A DNA stretch of 32,595 nucleotides from an uncultured Gammaproteobacteria bacterium (lineage in GTDB: Bacteria; Patescibacteriota; Patescibacteriia; 2-01-FULL-39-33). Both the position numbers and the translations under genes were made by a program. This document shows, piece after piece, positions 8,074 through 17,175 of this stretch. The stretch spans positions 1 to 32,595 of the forward strand of contig CAYLUK010000005.1 of NCBI GenBank assembly GCA_964386875.1, written 5' to 3'. The notes beneath the pieces were generated by a model. The model did not search any database. It was not told where the DNA came from and worked only from the letters and a program-made list of their open reading frames with translations. Position 1 is the first letter of the stretch. Every line of letters starts with the position of its first letter.

Positions 8074-8092
8074 AACTTTTAACTTTCAACTA
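8074..8092 (-). repeat. 19-bp inverted repeat, right arm, beginning with the gyrA stop codon
   Basis: Minus strand TAG-TTGAAAG-TTAAAAG-TT. Confidence 0.85.
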
Positions 8093-11000
8093 TATCAACG
8101 TCACACTCGCCACGGTATCAGCCGGGTCTTTGAATCTCATCACTTTCACGCCTTGGGTGTCGCGACCTAGCACATTAACGCCTTTGACTGCCAAACGGAT
8201 GACCTGTCCTTTATGCGAGATAACAATCAAATCACTGTCATCGCCATACACCACAGTACCACTGACAATCTTACCGGTCTTGGGGGTGATTTTGGCGGTT
8301 TTAATACCCGAGCCACCACGACCTTGTACCTTGTAAGCATTAAGCTTGGTCTGTTTGCCATATCCTTTTTCCATAATCACCATCAGCTTGGCGGTTGAAT
8401 CCACTTTCGGATCAAAAATGCCCATCCCCACAATTTCGTCCTCGCCTTTAATCTTCAGGCCCCGCACGCCGGAAGCGGCTCGGCCCATCGCCCGTACATC
8501 AGCTTCTTTAAAGCGAATCGCTTGTCCGCCACCGGTCACTAAGATGATGTTTTCATTACCTTGCGACGGCACGACCCATTCTAAGTTGTCGCCGTTTTTG
8601 AGCTTGAGCGCGATTAGACCGGATGTCCGTATATTAGTAAAGTCCTCAATCGGTGTTTTTTTAATTGTTCCCTTATTGGTCACCATCACCAAAAATTTAT
8701 CATTTTCAATTTCTGTGGACGGCAAAATTGCCGACACCTTTTCGTTTGGCGCCAGTTGCAAGAAGTTGACCAAAGCTTGCCCTTTGGCGGTTCGAGACGC
8801 TTGAGGCAGGTCATAGCCCTTGAGCTTGAACACGCGTCCGCGGGAAGTGAACATATATATATCCGCGTGGGTGGAAGTCAGGAAGAAATGTTCCACAGTG
8901 TCTTCTTCTTTGGTGGTCAGACCAATAACGCCTTTGCCACCACGGCTTTGCGTTTTGAAGGTGTCCGGTGGCAGACGCTTGATGTAGCCATCTCTGGTGA
9001 CAGTGACGATTATCTCATCATCCGGCACCAAATCTTCCATACTGAAGCTGTCTACGCCGTGGTTGACGATCACAGTCCGCCGAGGCGTGCCGTATTTTTC
9101 ACGTAGTTCTTTAAGCTCGTCTTTGATAATATTTTTTATTCTAGCCGGTGAGTTCAATATCTCACTCAACTCCTTGATCAGCTTCTTTTTCTCTTTCAAT
9201 TCTGTTTCCACCTTAATCTGTTCCAAGTTTGCCAGTTGTTGCAGCCGCATTTCCAGGATTGCCACGGCCTGTAGCTCGCTTAGTTTAAATTTTGTCATCA
9301 GATTGGTCCGAGCTTGTTCTCGGTCTTTGGATTTTTTGATCGTGCTGATGATTTGGTCAATTTTTGACAACGCCAATACCAATCCTTCCAAGATGTGAGC
9401 TCGCTCCTTGGCTTTGTCCAGGTCATATTGAGTCCGCCGAGTGACGACCTCTTGTCGATGTTTCACATATTCTTCCAACACCGATTTCACATTCAATACT
9501 CTGGGTTGGATGCCGTCAACTAACGCCAACATATTAAAATGAAAAGTTGATTGGAGCTGGGTATGCTTAAACAGTTGATTTAAAATTTTCTTGGGGTAAG
9601 TATCCTTTTTCAGCTCAATCACTACTCTGACTCCGTCTTTGTTAGACTCGTCACGCAGATCCCTGATGCCTTCAATTTTTTTGTCCCGCACCAGCTCGGC
9701 GATTTTTTCCAATAGATTAGCTTTGTTGGTTTGATAAGTCACCTCTGATACGATGATTCTAAAAACTCCGTTCTTTGTCTCTTCAATATCAGTCTTAGCT
9801 CTTGTCACAATGCCGCCTTTGCCCGTGGCATAGGCTTGCTTAATATCATTGGTGTTATAAGCAATGCCACCGGTCGGGAAATCCGGACCCTTGATGTATT
9901 TCATTAAATCATCAACAGTACAGTCAGGATTGTCAATCAAATGAATCGTGCCGTCCACTATTTCTTCCAAGTTGTGAGGTGCGATATTGGTCGCCATGCC
10001 CACGGCAATACCTTGAGTGCCATTGATCAGCAGGTTTGGTAATTTGGCTGGCAACACTCGGGGTTCTTGGTGGGCGCCGTCATAGTTGGGCACAAAGTTG
10101 ACGGTGTTTTTTTCAATGTCAAATATCATCTCCTCGGCGATTTTTTGTAACTTGGCTTCGGTATTATGATTGACAAATCCGTTGGCAATGAATGAATGAC
10201 AATCACTGTCCACCTTGACCGAGTAAACTGCTTGTTTATCTTTTGGCCTAATGATAGATTCCACGCGGTCAAAAAAGAATTTATGCTTTATCAGCCAGCT
10301 TATCATCTTCACATCTCGCTTATTCAAAATCCCCGACAGCTTGGCATAATTTTTTTCTAAGTTGTTATACCGGTCAAAGTTATTTCTTTTGATGAAAGAG
10401 TTATTGGGATAATTTTCTCGTAAATAATTATTTAAATAGGGGATGAGGTCGGTCTGGCTCATTCTTGATTTATTCATTTTTTCTATTTTAGACAACACGC
10501 CCTTTTTCCGACTGGAGAAAAATCCAATTTGCTGTTGAAACTGACTGATGTTTTCTACTCCAGAGATGATCAGCTTCAAGCAGTCGTTTCTTTTGTCTCG
10601 GTAGGGAGCGGTAGTGACAATATTAAAATTCAACAAGACAGTTTTCAGTTGCCTGATTAAATTTTTGCTTTTGGAATTATAAGTCAATTCAATTGACTTG
10701 CCCGCGTGGCGTTTGTCCTCTTTGTAGCTGACTGACCCGTCGCCCTCAAAAAGGCCGGTCAAAAAATTCGCTATAGTTTCTTTGGAAGACAGCAAAATTG
10801 AAAATGGAATTTCCTTTTTGTCTGATTTTTCTGCCAGCAGTCCAATGTTCGTCAGAAATTTAACTGCCTGTTGATGATAAATACTTAACTCTCGGCAATT
10901 ACCGCTTATTTCTCGCTCATAAAGCTGGACATTGCCAAATTGTTGTAAGATTATTCTTTTTACCTGATTGTAAAAATCCAAATCTTGATTGCTAAATAGT

Positions 11001-11935
11001 ATTTGCTTCCGGTGATAGCTTCCTTCAGCTACCAGCGTGCCCAAAAGGAACGCTAAATCCCGATTCATCTTTTGCGGTAGCTTTATGTCTTTTTGTTTTT
11101 TGTTGTCGGCGGGATAATATTTTTTCAAATCAATATCTGTCTGTCCAAACAGCGCCGACTTTCTATTGATCAAGACATAATCATTGTCCGTAATGTCGGC
11201 TAAAAGTTTCCAGCGGAAATCAGGTTGGCCAAATTCATTCACACCCCAGACCAATACCGGATGGTTATGTGTTCCCTTGAGCTGATATTTTTGTTTGGTG
11301 GTTATGTCAATAATGCTGTGCTGACCGGAATTAAAAAACTTGCTGGCTTTGATTGCCTTGCCTTGGTAGTTGAGAACTTTCAAATTAATTTTGGCTTCTT
11401 GTTTTTGCGATATTTCTTTGATCGGCATAATTCCCTTGTCAGTCAAAATCAAAGCATCACCGGTGATGCAATATCTCATCGCCGCCGCCCCATCCCCGTC
11501 CATTGAACCCCAGTTTCCCTGACCATTGACCAGCGGATCGCGCAGAGAGAAATCCTGGGCCATTCTAACCATCGTATCATAAATTGCCGAGTCACCATGC
11601 GGATGATATTTGGCCATCACCTCACCGACGACATTGGCTGACTTGCGAAATTTGGCATTGGCTTTGAGACCAATGTCCCACATTGCATAAAGCACCCGAC
11701 GATGAACCGGCTTGAGGCCGTCTCTGACATCAGGCAGGGCGCGGGAGATGATCACACTCATGGCATAATCCAAATAGCTTTGCTGGACTTCGTTGTTGAT
11801 GGTTTGGTTTGTTATGCCTAGTGGCTGTTTGTCTTGAGGATTAATTATTTCCGGCTTTGTTGCTTTGCTTTTGTTTTCCTTTGGTTTTTTTTGAGTTTTG
11901 GATTTTTCAATCGTCGGTTTTGGTTTGGCAGTCAT
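8090..11935 (-). CDS. gyrA: DNA gyrase subunit A precursor with intein (mature ~845 aa)
   Basis: [28 protein letters not shown]|[20 protein letters not shown], GyrA-box QSRGGKG and C-terminal pinwheel repeats. Confidence 0.98.
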   Translation of the reverse strand: MTAKPKPTIEKSKTQKKPKENKSKATKPEIINPQDKQPLGITNQTINNEVQQSYLDYAMSVIISRALPDVRDGLKPVHRRVLYAMWDIGLKANAKFRKSANVVGEVMAKYHPHGDSAIYDTMVRMAQDFSLRDPLVNGQGNWGSMDGDGAAAMRYCITGDALILTDKGIMPIKEISQKQEAKINLKVLNYQGKAIKASKFFNSGQHSIIDITTKQKYQLKGTHNHPVLVWGVNEFGQPDFRWKLLADITDNDYVLINRKSALFGQTDIDLKKYYPADNKKQKDIKLPQKMNRDLAFLLGTLVAEGSYHRKQILFSNQDLDFYNQVKRIILQQFGNVQLYEREISGNCRELSIYHQQAVKFLTNIGLLAEKSDKKEIPFSILLSSKETIANFLTGLFEGDGSVSYKEDKRHAGKSIELTYNSKSKNLIRQLKTVLLNFNIVTTAPYRDKRNDCLKLIISGVENISQFQQQIGFFSSRKKGVLSKIEKMNKSRMSQTDLIPYLNNYLRENYPNNSFIKRNNFDRYNNLEKNYAKLSGILNKRDVKMISWLIKHKFFFDRVESIIRPKDKQAVYSVKVDSDCHSFIANGFVNHNTEAKLQKIAEEMIFDIEKNTVNFVPNYDGAHQEPRVLPAKLPNLLINGTQGIAVGMATNIAPHNLEEIVDGTIHLIDNPDCTVDDLMKYIKGPDFPTGGIAYNTNDIKQAYATGKGGIVTRAKTDIEETKNGVFRIIVSEVTYQTNKANLLEKIAELVRDKKIEGIRDLRDESNKDGVRVVIELKKDTYPKKILNQLFKHTQLQSTFHFNMLALVDGIQPRVLNVKSVLEEYVKHRQEVVTRRTQYDLDKAKERAHILEGLVLALSKIDQIISTIKKSKDREQARTNLMTKFKLSELQAVAILEMRLQQLANLEQIKVETELKEKKKLIKELSEILNSPARIKNIIKDELKELREKYGTPRRTVIVNHGVDSFSMEDLVPDDEIIVTVTRDGYIKRLPPDTFKTQSRGGKGVIGLTTKEEDTVEHFFLTSTHADIYMFTSRGRVFKLKGYDLPQASRTAKGQALVNFLQLAPNEKVSAILPSTEIENDKFLVMVTNKGTIKKTPIEDFTNIRTSGLIALKLKNGDNLEWVVPSQGNENIILVTGGGQAIRFKEADVRAMGRAASGVRGLKIKGEDEIVGMGIFDPKVDSTAKLMVIMEKGYGKQTKLNAYKVQGRGGSGIKTAKITPKTGKIVSGTVVYGDDSDLIVISHKGQVIRLAVKGVNVLGRDTQGVKVMRFKDPADTVASVTLI
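10163..11470 (-). mobile_element. 436-aa intein with LAGLIDADG homing endonuclease (residues 156-591)
   Basis: Starts CITGDALI right after the catalytic Tyr, block [17 protein letters not shown] blocks LLGTLVAEG and [10 protein letters not shown], ends [10 protein letters not shown]|T. Confidence 0.95.
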
Positions 11936-11940
11936 AATAT

Positions 11941-12795
11941 TTATAAAAATTTAATACTTGATATGATTTGATTAATGATTGGCTCAAATAAATCTCGGCC
12001 ATTTCTGGCGAAGACTTCTATTTCATAGAGCGAGCCCTTGTGAGTTAAGAATATTATGTAGTTAATATCTTTTTCATCTAATGTCTTATTGTCGTATCTG
12101 ACACTATCAGTGATATTTTTATTGGCTGTGTCTATTTCTGGTATTTTTTCGTCGCTGACAATATACTGGTCGCCAGCAAGATCATCAACTTGATCAAAGT
12201 CTGCTGGTGAGTGCCGACTAATGCTTATCCGAGCGAGCACTGCCGGCGTGCTGGTGGTGGACTCATAGCTGGTGATGGCTGCAGCTCCAAGCAGTTCGCT
12301 TTTATACCAGCTGGGTGGATAGTGAAATGATATTCCAGTTATCTCGGAGGTGTGTTGTGGCCACTTGTTGCTGTCCATATTGAGCTGGATGTCACTCAAA
12401 ATTTCATTTTTCAATCTTTCTATTTGCGTCTTTTCGCCAAAGGCGTCACTGGCTTGGCCGGCTAAGTCTTGCGCGTTATCCAAGATATTTTTTAAATCGC
12501 TGATGGTCTTTTCAATTTCAGTGCCGAGGCGTGTTTCATTTTGATCCTGCTGTTGTTTCATTATATTGTGCTTCATCGTCCAAAACCAAAACATCAACAG
12601 CAAGATTCCTAAAATGCTGACTGATAGCCAAAGCAATCTGTTTTTGACTTCAGCTTCCGGCTCATTAATGTTGATATACTTTACTTCGGATTTTGGCGTG
12701 GCTGATTTTGGAGCGGTTTTCTTCCGCACTGTTTTTTTTCGCGTCGCAGTTGTGCGCGTAGTTTTTTTTATAGTTGTTTTTTTCTTTGACGGCAT
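11941..12795 (-). CDS. membrane protein with Lys/Thr/Arg-rich N-tail, TM, coiled coil and PsbP-like domain
   Basis: Basic low-complexity N-terminus, one [21 protein letters not shown] motif, C-terminal IISSIKFL. Ends 5 nt before the gyrA ATG. Confidence 0.75.
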   Translation of the reverse strand: MPSKKKTTIKKTTRTTATRKKTVRKKTAPKSATPKSEVKYININEPEAEVKNRLLWLSVSILGILLLMFWFWTMKHNIMKQQQDQNETRLGTEIEKTISDLKNILDNAQDLAGQASDAFGEKTQIERLKNEILSDIQLNMDSNKWPQHTSEITGISFHYPPSWYKSELLGAAAITSYESTTSTPAVLARISISRHSPADFDQVDDLAGDQYIVSDEKIPEIDTANKNITDSVRYDNKTLDEKDINYIIFLTHKGSLYEIEVFARNGRDLFEPIINQIISSIKFL

Positions 12796-12830
12796 GGGTT
12801 TGGATAAGAAATTAAATTAAAAGTTGAAAG

Positions 12831-12870
12831 TTTACCCGGTGGAATAACTTACTATATTCCATGGGGTGAA
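12831..12870. repeat. imperfect palindrome (REP-like hairpin)
   Basis: TTTACCCGGTGGAATA-ACTTACTA-TATTCCATGGGGTGAA. Confidence 0.6.
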
Positions 12871-12951
12871 TAAAATAAAAAATTAAGAAAATAAATTTAT
12901 AGATTCGTAGTTGATTAGTATATTCGTGGGAAGATGTATATTTGTAGGAAT

Positions 12952-13608
12952 TTAAGAATTTAAAACTACCACTTTTGTCTCATCTTGGGGCAAATCTTTT
13001 TTATTGATTTTGAACTTATCCATTGTTTCTGATGGCAGGCCACTGATTTTGAGGAATTTATCTATGTCGTCTAGTTTTTCACCGGATTTAAATTTCAGTC
13101 CTGGCAAGTCATAATGCATTGGGAGCACAATCCGCGGTTCAATTTCAGAAATAATGTCATTGGCTTTTTTGGCGTCAATTGTAAAAGTGCCACCGACCGG
13201 AATAAGCAAGATATCCACGTCGCCGATTTTCTCCAGCTGTTCGTCGCTTAGCTCGTGTCCCAAGTCGCCTAAATGGACAAGGTTCATGTTTTCGGCGCTG
13301 ATCCGATAGATCGTGATGTTGCCTCGCTCTTGACCTTCTTTGTCATCATGCCAAGCCGGGATGCCATAAATAAAAACACCCTTGGTTTCATATTCACCGG
13401 GACTGTCGATTATAAATGATTCACCCTTGATCGCGTCAAGATTGTTGTGGTCATTATGATCATGTGAAATCGTCACAATATCAGCCGAAGTTTTGGACGC
13501 TTTAAGACCATAGCTGTTATCAAACGGGTCAGTGACAATGATGACATCGTCGCCATTGTTTTTGACTATGATTTTAAAATACGATTGGCCGAACCATTGA
13601 ATTTGCAT
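12952..13608 (-). CDS. MBL-fold metallo-hydrolase (lactamase_B_3-like)
   Basis: MQIQWFGQS start, TDPF, SHDHNDH, HLGDLG, IPVGG, PMHY. Promoter TTGAAA-17-TAAAAT at 13696-13668. Confidence 0.9.
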   Translation of the reverse strand: MQIQWFGQSYFKIIVKNNGDDVIIVTDPFDNSYGLKASKTSADIVTISHDHNDHNNLDAIKGESFIIDSPGEYETKGVFIYGIPAWHDDKEGQERGNITIYRISAENMNLVHLGDLGHELSDEQLEKIGDVDILLIPVGGTFTIDAKKANDIISEIEPRIVLPMHYDLPGLKFKSGEKLDDIDKFLKISGLPSETMDKFKINKKDLPQDETKVVVLNS

Positions 13609-13707
13609 AAAAAATTTGGTAAAATTGTTAAGAAATCTGCTTTGTTGACACAAAGCTATTTGATAGTATTTTACTATATTTTTGAGTTATTTTCAAGTGT
13701 GATTTTT

Positions 13708-13903
13708 GTCTCCCATAGTTTAATAAATAGAATTAGTCTTTTCTAATGTTTAAACGCAGGTCTGCTCCTCTCACCTTTCACCCTTGTCTCCCTGTAGTTC
13801 AGTGGATAGAACAAGCCTCTCCTAAGGGCTAAACGTAGGTTCGATTCCTGCCGGGGAGATAAGAGTGAAAGGTGATGGGGTGTAATTCCTGCCGGTGATA
13901 CCA
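13708..13903 (+). pseudogene. degenerate tRNA-Arg split in the T-loop by a ~123-nt insert
   Basis: 13708-13761 GTCTCCCATAGTTTAATAAATAGAATTAGTCTTTTCTAATGTTTAAACGCAGGT aligns with the tRNA-Arg 5' part; 13885-13903 ATTCCTGCCGGTGATACCA supplies the T-stem, acceptor strand and CCA. Confidence 0.6.
13788..13859 (+). tRNA. tRNA-Arg (anticodon CCT), CCA not encoded
   Basis: CTCCCTG-TA-GTTC-AGTGGATA-GAAC-A-AGCCT-CTCCTAA-GGGCT-AAAC-GTAGG-TTCGATT-CCTGC-CGGGGAG-A. Confidence 0.9.
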
Positions 13904-13905
13904 AA

Positions 13906-13942
13906 CAAAAAACTACTTCAATTTTTTGAAGCAGTTTTTGTT
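13906..13942 (+). terminator. terminator after the tRNA-Arg locus
   Basis: CAAAAAACTACTTCAA-TTTT-TTGAAGCAGTTTTTG. Confidence 0.6.
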
Positions 13943-14089
13943 AAAAAGAAAATCTCACCATTTGTACTTTGATGAGATTTATATTCGCGTGATATGCCTA
14001 AGCCACCTCAAACCACCAGCCTGAAAATAATACTTCTTCATCCACTTTTGTTAATATAAAACAGTGGATAAGCTGTGATTTCTGTGGAT

Positions 14090-14115
14090 ATTTGTCTAGA
14101 CATGTCTAGACAAAT
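14090..14115. repeat. 26-bp perfect palindrome, copy 1
   Basis: ATTTGTCTAGACATGTCTAGACAAAT. Confidence 0.95.
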
Positions 14116-14131
14116 CGTAGTATTTCATCAA

Positions 14132-14160
14132 ATTATAATACATTTTAAGTTTTTAGTCAA
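14132..14160 (-). promoter_or_regulatory. near-consensus sigma70 promoter firing into palindrome copy 1
   Basis: TTGACT (14160-14155)-17-TATAAT (14137-14132). Confidence 0.6.
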
Positions 14161-14267
14161 ATAGACATTTACTCTAATATCTATCTAAATTAAGCTAATA
14201 CATATATATTTAACATTAATTTTTTTGATTTATGCGTCTTTCTCTAGACATATTATGATATATCTAA

Positions 14268-14299
14268 AAGATTTGTCTAGACATGTCTAGACAAATCTT
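14268..14299. repeat. 32-bp perfect palindrome, copy 2
   Basis: AAGATTTGTCTAGACATGTCTAGACAAATCTT. Confidence 0.95.
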
Positions 14300-14380
14300 A
14301 ATGTTTCAATAAATTACAACACATTTTACGACTTTTTGTAAAGCATTATAATTTAGCCAAAAATATTACAAAAAATATAT

Positions 14381-14409
14381 TTGACAAATCAATACCAATA
14401 TGATACAAT
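14381..14409 (+). promoter_or_regulatory. sigma70 promoter for ORF 14475
   Basis: TTGACA-17-TACAAT with TG extension; SD-like GAAAGGA at 14461-14467. Confidence 0.7.
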
Positions 14410-14474
14410 ATTCTATTGAACATTTCAATTGAAAACAACCCCCCTAAAGGCAAAACAACCGAAAGGAACAAGTC

Positions 14475-14993
14475 ATGAAAACAGCGTTTTGGTCATTGCT
14501 AATTGGAGTATTTTTTTTTGCTTCTTTCTCAATTTTAGCTGAAGAAGAAAAGATAGAAGTTGATCAAAATGGCAATGTGCGGGTGGAACGAGTCGAGCGA
14601 TGGCGACCATTGATTGGGGCAGAAAAGACAGCTTATGAACACCCCGGTCAAAGCGAGCGAAAGTTTGTAATTGATATTTTTTTGACGTTAGCAGCCACAT
14701 CAATGGTGATATCTAATATCTTTATGTGGAAAAGAAAATATGAATTCGCCGCCATCATCACTGCCTCAGTCATCATTGCCAGCGTCGTCGCCACCGCTCT
14801 CATGGGTGCCGCCGGCGGCGTCGTCGCCACCACTCTCATGGGTGGTGCCGCCACCGGCGTCGCCATCGCTGTTAGCATCACCGCTGCTATCGTCGGCGGC
14901 GATGTCGTCGATGTCACCGAAAATATTAAATTATATGCGATATTTTCATTTATCTTTTATATGTTAATAATTGCAATAGTCGTGTTTAGCTGA
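14475..14993 (+). CDS. orphan membrane protein with Ala/Val/Gly-rich repetitive TM region
   Basis: Signal peptide, several TM segments, own promoter, SD and terminator; internal 36-nt-period duplication at 14782-14844. Confidence 0.75.
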   Translation: MKTAFWSLLIGVFFFASFSILAEEEKIEVDQNGNVRVERVERWRPLIGAEKTAYEHPGQSERKFVIDIFLTLAATSMVISNIFMWKRKYEFAAIITASVIIASVVATALMGAAGGVVATTLMGGAATGVAIAVSITAAIVGGDVVDVTENIKLYAIFSFIFYMLIIAIVVFS

Positions 14994-15016
14994 TAACCAA
15001 TACAGAGTTTATTAGT

Positions 15017-15052
15017 CCCGCGTCAACTAGTGTTTACGCGGGTTTTATTTTT
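15017..15052 (+). terminator. intrinsic terminator
   Basis: CCCGCGT-loop-ACGCGGG-TTTTATTTTTT. Confidence 0.75.
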
Positions 15053-15103
15053 TGCTACTATTTATCATTAGACCTTATTAGTTTATAAATCACGATTTAA
15101 ACA

Positions 15104-15135
15104 AAGATTTGTCTAGACATGTCTAGACAAATCTT
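15104..15135. repeat. 32-bp perfect palindrome, copy 3
   Basis: Identical to copy 2; the exact match extends to 36 nt (14267-14302 = 15103-15138). Confidence 0.95.
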
Positions 15136-15606
15136 AATTTAATATAAAAAATAATTTTTTTAAATCAATATATTTATACTTCATATAAAATTAATGATTT
15201 TAAGCATAAAAAAAGACGAATCTTTATGAATCGTTGAATATTTTATCAAATTTAGTTGTTTTTAGTAGAAAGACCAATTTCAATTTTGATACAAAGTTTA
15301 CCAATAATTTTTTTCATTTTATCCATAATAATAGTAAGGATGTTTAAACCTTTTTTCACTATTTATAATTTATAGTCACAATATTACATTTTATCCAATT
15401 TTGCCAATATTTACACAATTCACATGAAGTACATTTTAGAAGTATAAAAAAGATGAATCTAGTATAATTATTTCGTCTAGACAATATATCACATCAAAAA
15501 CCATCTCAAATTATTATTTAATTTTAGTCAATAATCAAGCATTTGAATAATATCTTTAAAAAGTGTAAGATAATATAGTGTTAAACACATACCATTTAAT
15601 TAAGGA

Positions 15607-15682
15607 GGGCCCATGGCGCAATTGGTAGCGCGCATCCATGGCATGGATGAGGCTGTGGGTTCGATTCCCACTGGGTCCACCA
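15607..15682 (+). tRNA. tRNA-Ala (anticodon GGC), CCA encoded
   Basis: GGGCCCA...CATCC-ATGGCAT-GGATG...GTGGG-TTCGATT-CCCAC-TGGGTCC-A-CCA with the G3:U70 identity pair. Confidence 0.97.
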
Positions 15683-16029
15683 CTAATTGTATATAAAAAA
15701 ACATTGTTTTTTAAAGAATAAGGTTGGATGTGTCGGCTTGTTAGTTGGCAGGGCTGTATTTTAGTTATTTTAGCCATATTATTCTGTGTTTAAGTTTTTA
15801 TTGCCATTAATAGTTAATCTTATTCGGTCAGCGATACATTTTATGGTGTATTTCCTTATATTATACCAACCTTTTTACTTCTAGGCTGGGTTGCCAACAA
15901 GACTAGTCGAATGTTAAAATAAAGCCAAGATTTATCAATTTTATTTTAATTTATATATACTTAGTTTATTAATAATATTTAGGTCGATAAGAAGATAAAA
16001 ACGGAGGATATAATTAAATAATCAAAATT

Positions 16030-17019
16030 ATGGAAGAAAATAAGAATTACAGCTCTGATCATAATTCTCAACCTTCATCAGAGCCCACCCTACCAATTTC
16101 ATCCCCAATGAGCTCTCCAAACAGCAATCAGACCACCCCAGACCAACAAAATTTTGGGTTTAACAGTCAAGAGTCAAGTGATGATCATATTCAGTCAAGC
16201 AATAATTCAGCTAATTTTGGTCAAAGTTCAGTAGAATCAAAACCAGCACAGCCGATTGCGTCAGAAAATACAACTGAACCAAAATCACAACAGCCAATAA
16301 CTCAAGAGAAACAAGCTCAATCAGTCCAACCCCCAAAGTCCTTTGAACCGGGGCTGGTTGATAGTTCAGGCAATAGATCTCCTTATAGCCAAAATGACGA
16401 TTTGGAAGGTGAATCAAAAAATAGCACAATTATTTCTACAATTGTCATTATTATCATTATAGTTTTGGGAATTTGGTATTTTAATCGTGATGCTGGAGAC
16501 CAATTAGGAGTAAATTCCAATCAAAATGCCAATACTAACGAAATTAATGTAGTAGTTGATGATCAACAGCAACCGGGTCAAATAAATATAATCAGCGAGG
16601 CAGAATCGCAAAATCAAGCAGAAACAGTTAAAATTACCGCTTTTTATAGTAATTTGCAAAAAGACCCGGGAGCCACTGATTGCGCTAAAGTTTATGCTTT
16701 GGAGCGAGAAGTAGAAAAGAAATATGATTCTGATGTGGTTAATACCGTCAAAGGTTTGCTTTTGCCCTTGACTGATGAAGAAAAATTAGCCGGCTGGATC
16801 AGCAATATTCCGGCTGGCACATATTTGATCCGAGTTGATGCGACCGGCAGTGTGGCAACTATTAAATTAAGCGATAATTTGAATAATATCGGTGGTTCTT
16901 GCGCTGTCAGCGCTGTGAGATCACAAATAGAACGGACATTACTGCAATATCCATATGTCAGCTCGGTTGTAATATGCGCCGGAGAAAATTGCAATCAGGA
17001 TGAAATCCTTCAGCCATAG
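16030..17019 (+). CDS. membrane-anchored GerMN-domain protein with disordered N-terminus
   Basis: S/Q/P/N-rich N-terminus, one TM, C-terminal GGSCAVSAVRSQIERTLLQYPYVSSVVI. Confidence 0.75.
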   Translation: MEENKNYSSDHNSQPSSEPTLPISSPMSSPNSNQTTPDQQNFGFNSQESSDDHIQSSNNSANFGQSSVESKPAQPIASENTTEPKSQQPITQEKQAQSVQPPKSFEPGLVDSSGNRSPYSQNDDLEGESKNSTIISTIVIIIIIVLGIWYFNRDAGDQLGVNSNQNANTNEINVVVDDQQQPGQINIISEAESQNQAETVKITAFYSNLQKDPGATDCAKVYALEREVEKKYDSDVVNTVKGLLLPLTDEEKLAGWISNIPAGTYLIRVDATGSVATIKLSDNLNNIGGSCAVSAVRSQIERTLLQYPYVSSVVICAGENCNQDEILQP

Positions 17020-17082
17020 ATTGGTTTGTAGCTGATGGTATAAAGCTTATAGGATTATTAAATCGCAAAATATTCAAAATTG

Positions 17083-17115
17083 TAAGGACGTCATTGTGGC
17101 GTCCTTACTTTTTTT
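17083..17115 (+). terminator. intrinsic terminator
   Basis: GTAAGGACGTCA-TTG-TGGCGTCCTTAC-TTTTTTT. Confidence 0.8.
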
Positions 17116-17175
17116 GCGGTAATCAGTTATAATTAATCCTAAGTAATTAGAAACTAATAAATTAATTAACTACTT

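Noticed and set aside
11590-11620. Quinolone-resistance substitution in GyrA
   Set aside because: [10 protein letters not shown] retains Ser and Asp at the E. coli 83 and 87 equivalents.
14099-14108. Match to eukaryotic p53 (AGACATGTCT) and Smad (GTCTAGAC) sites, suggesting synthetic DNA
   Set aside because: The context is native bacterial DNA, the flanks are naturally diverged, and there is no vector sequence.
14745-14918. DGR variable region
   Set aside because: No reverse transcriptase, Avd or adenine-variant template repeat in the window, and codons are restricted to small or hydrophobic residues.
14090-15135. CRISPR array made of the palindromic repeats
   Set aside because: Gaps of ~150 and ~800 nt are irregular, one contains a gene, and no cas genes are present.
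13904-15606. Replication origin (AT-rich gap, gene orientation switch, DnaA-box-like AGTGGATAA, TGTGGATAT, TTATCCATA)
   Set aside because: Only mismatched boxes, no dnaA or dnaN nearby, and no evident skew change by eye. Not excluded; a cumulative GC-skew plot would decide.
13860-15606. Integrated prophage or island at tRNA-Arg or tRNA-Ala
   Set aside because: No integrase, and the only tRNA 3'-end copy is 25 nt downstream of the tRNA-Arg.
15720-15910. 6S RNA-like or MITE-like element (TCGGCT/AGTCGA and GTTGGCAG/TTGCCAAC end pairing)
   Set aside because: The interior does not fold into a convincing rod by eye; unsupported without a covariance search.
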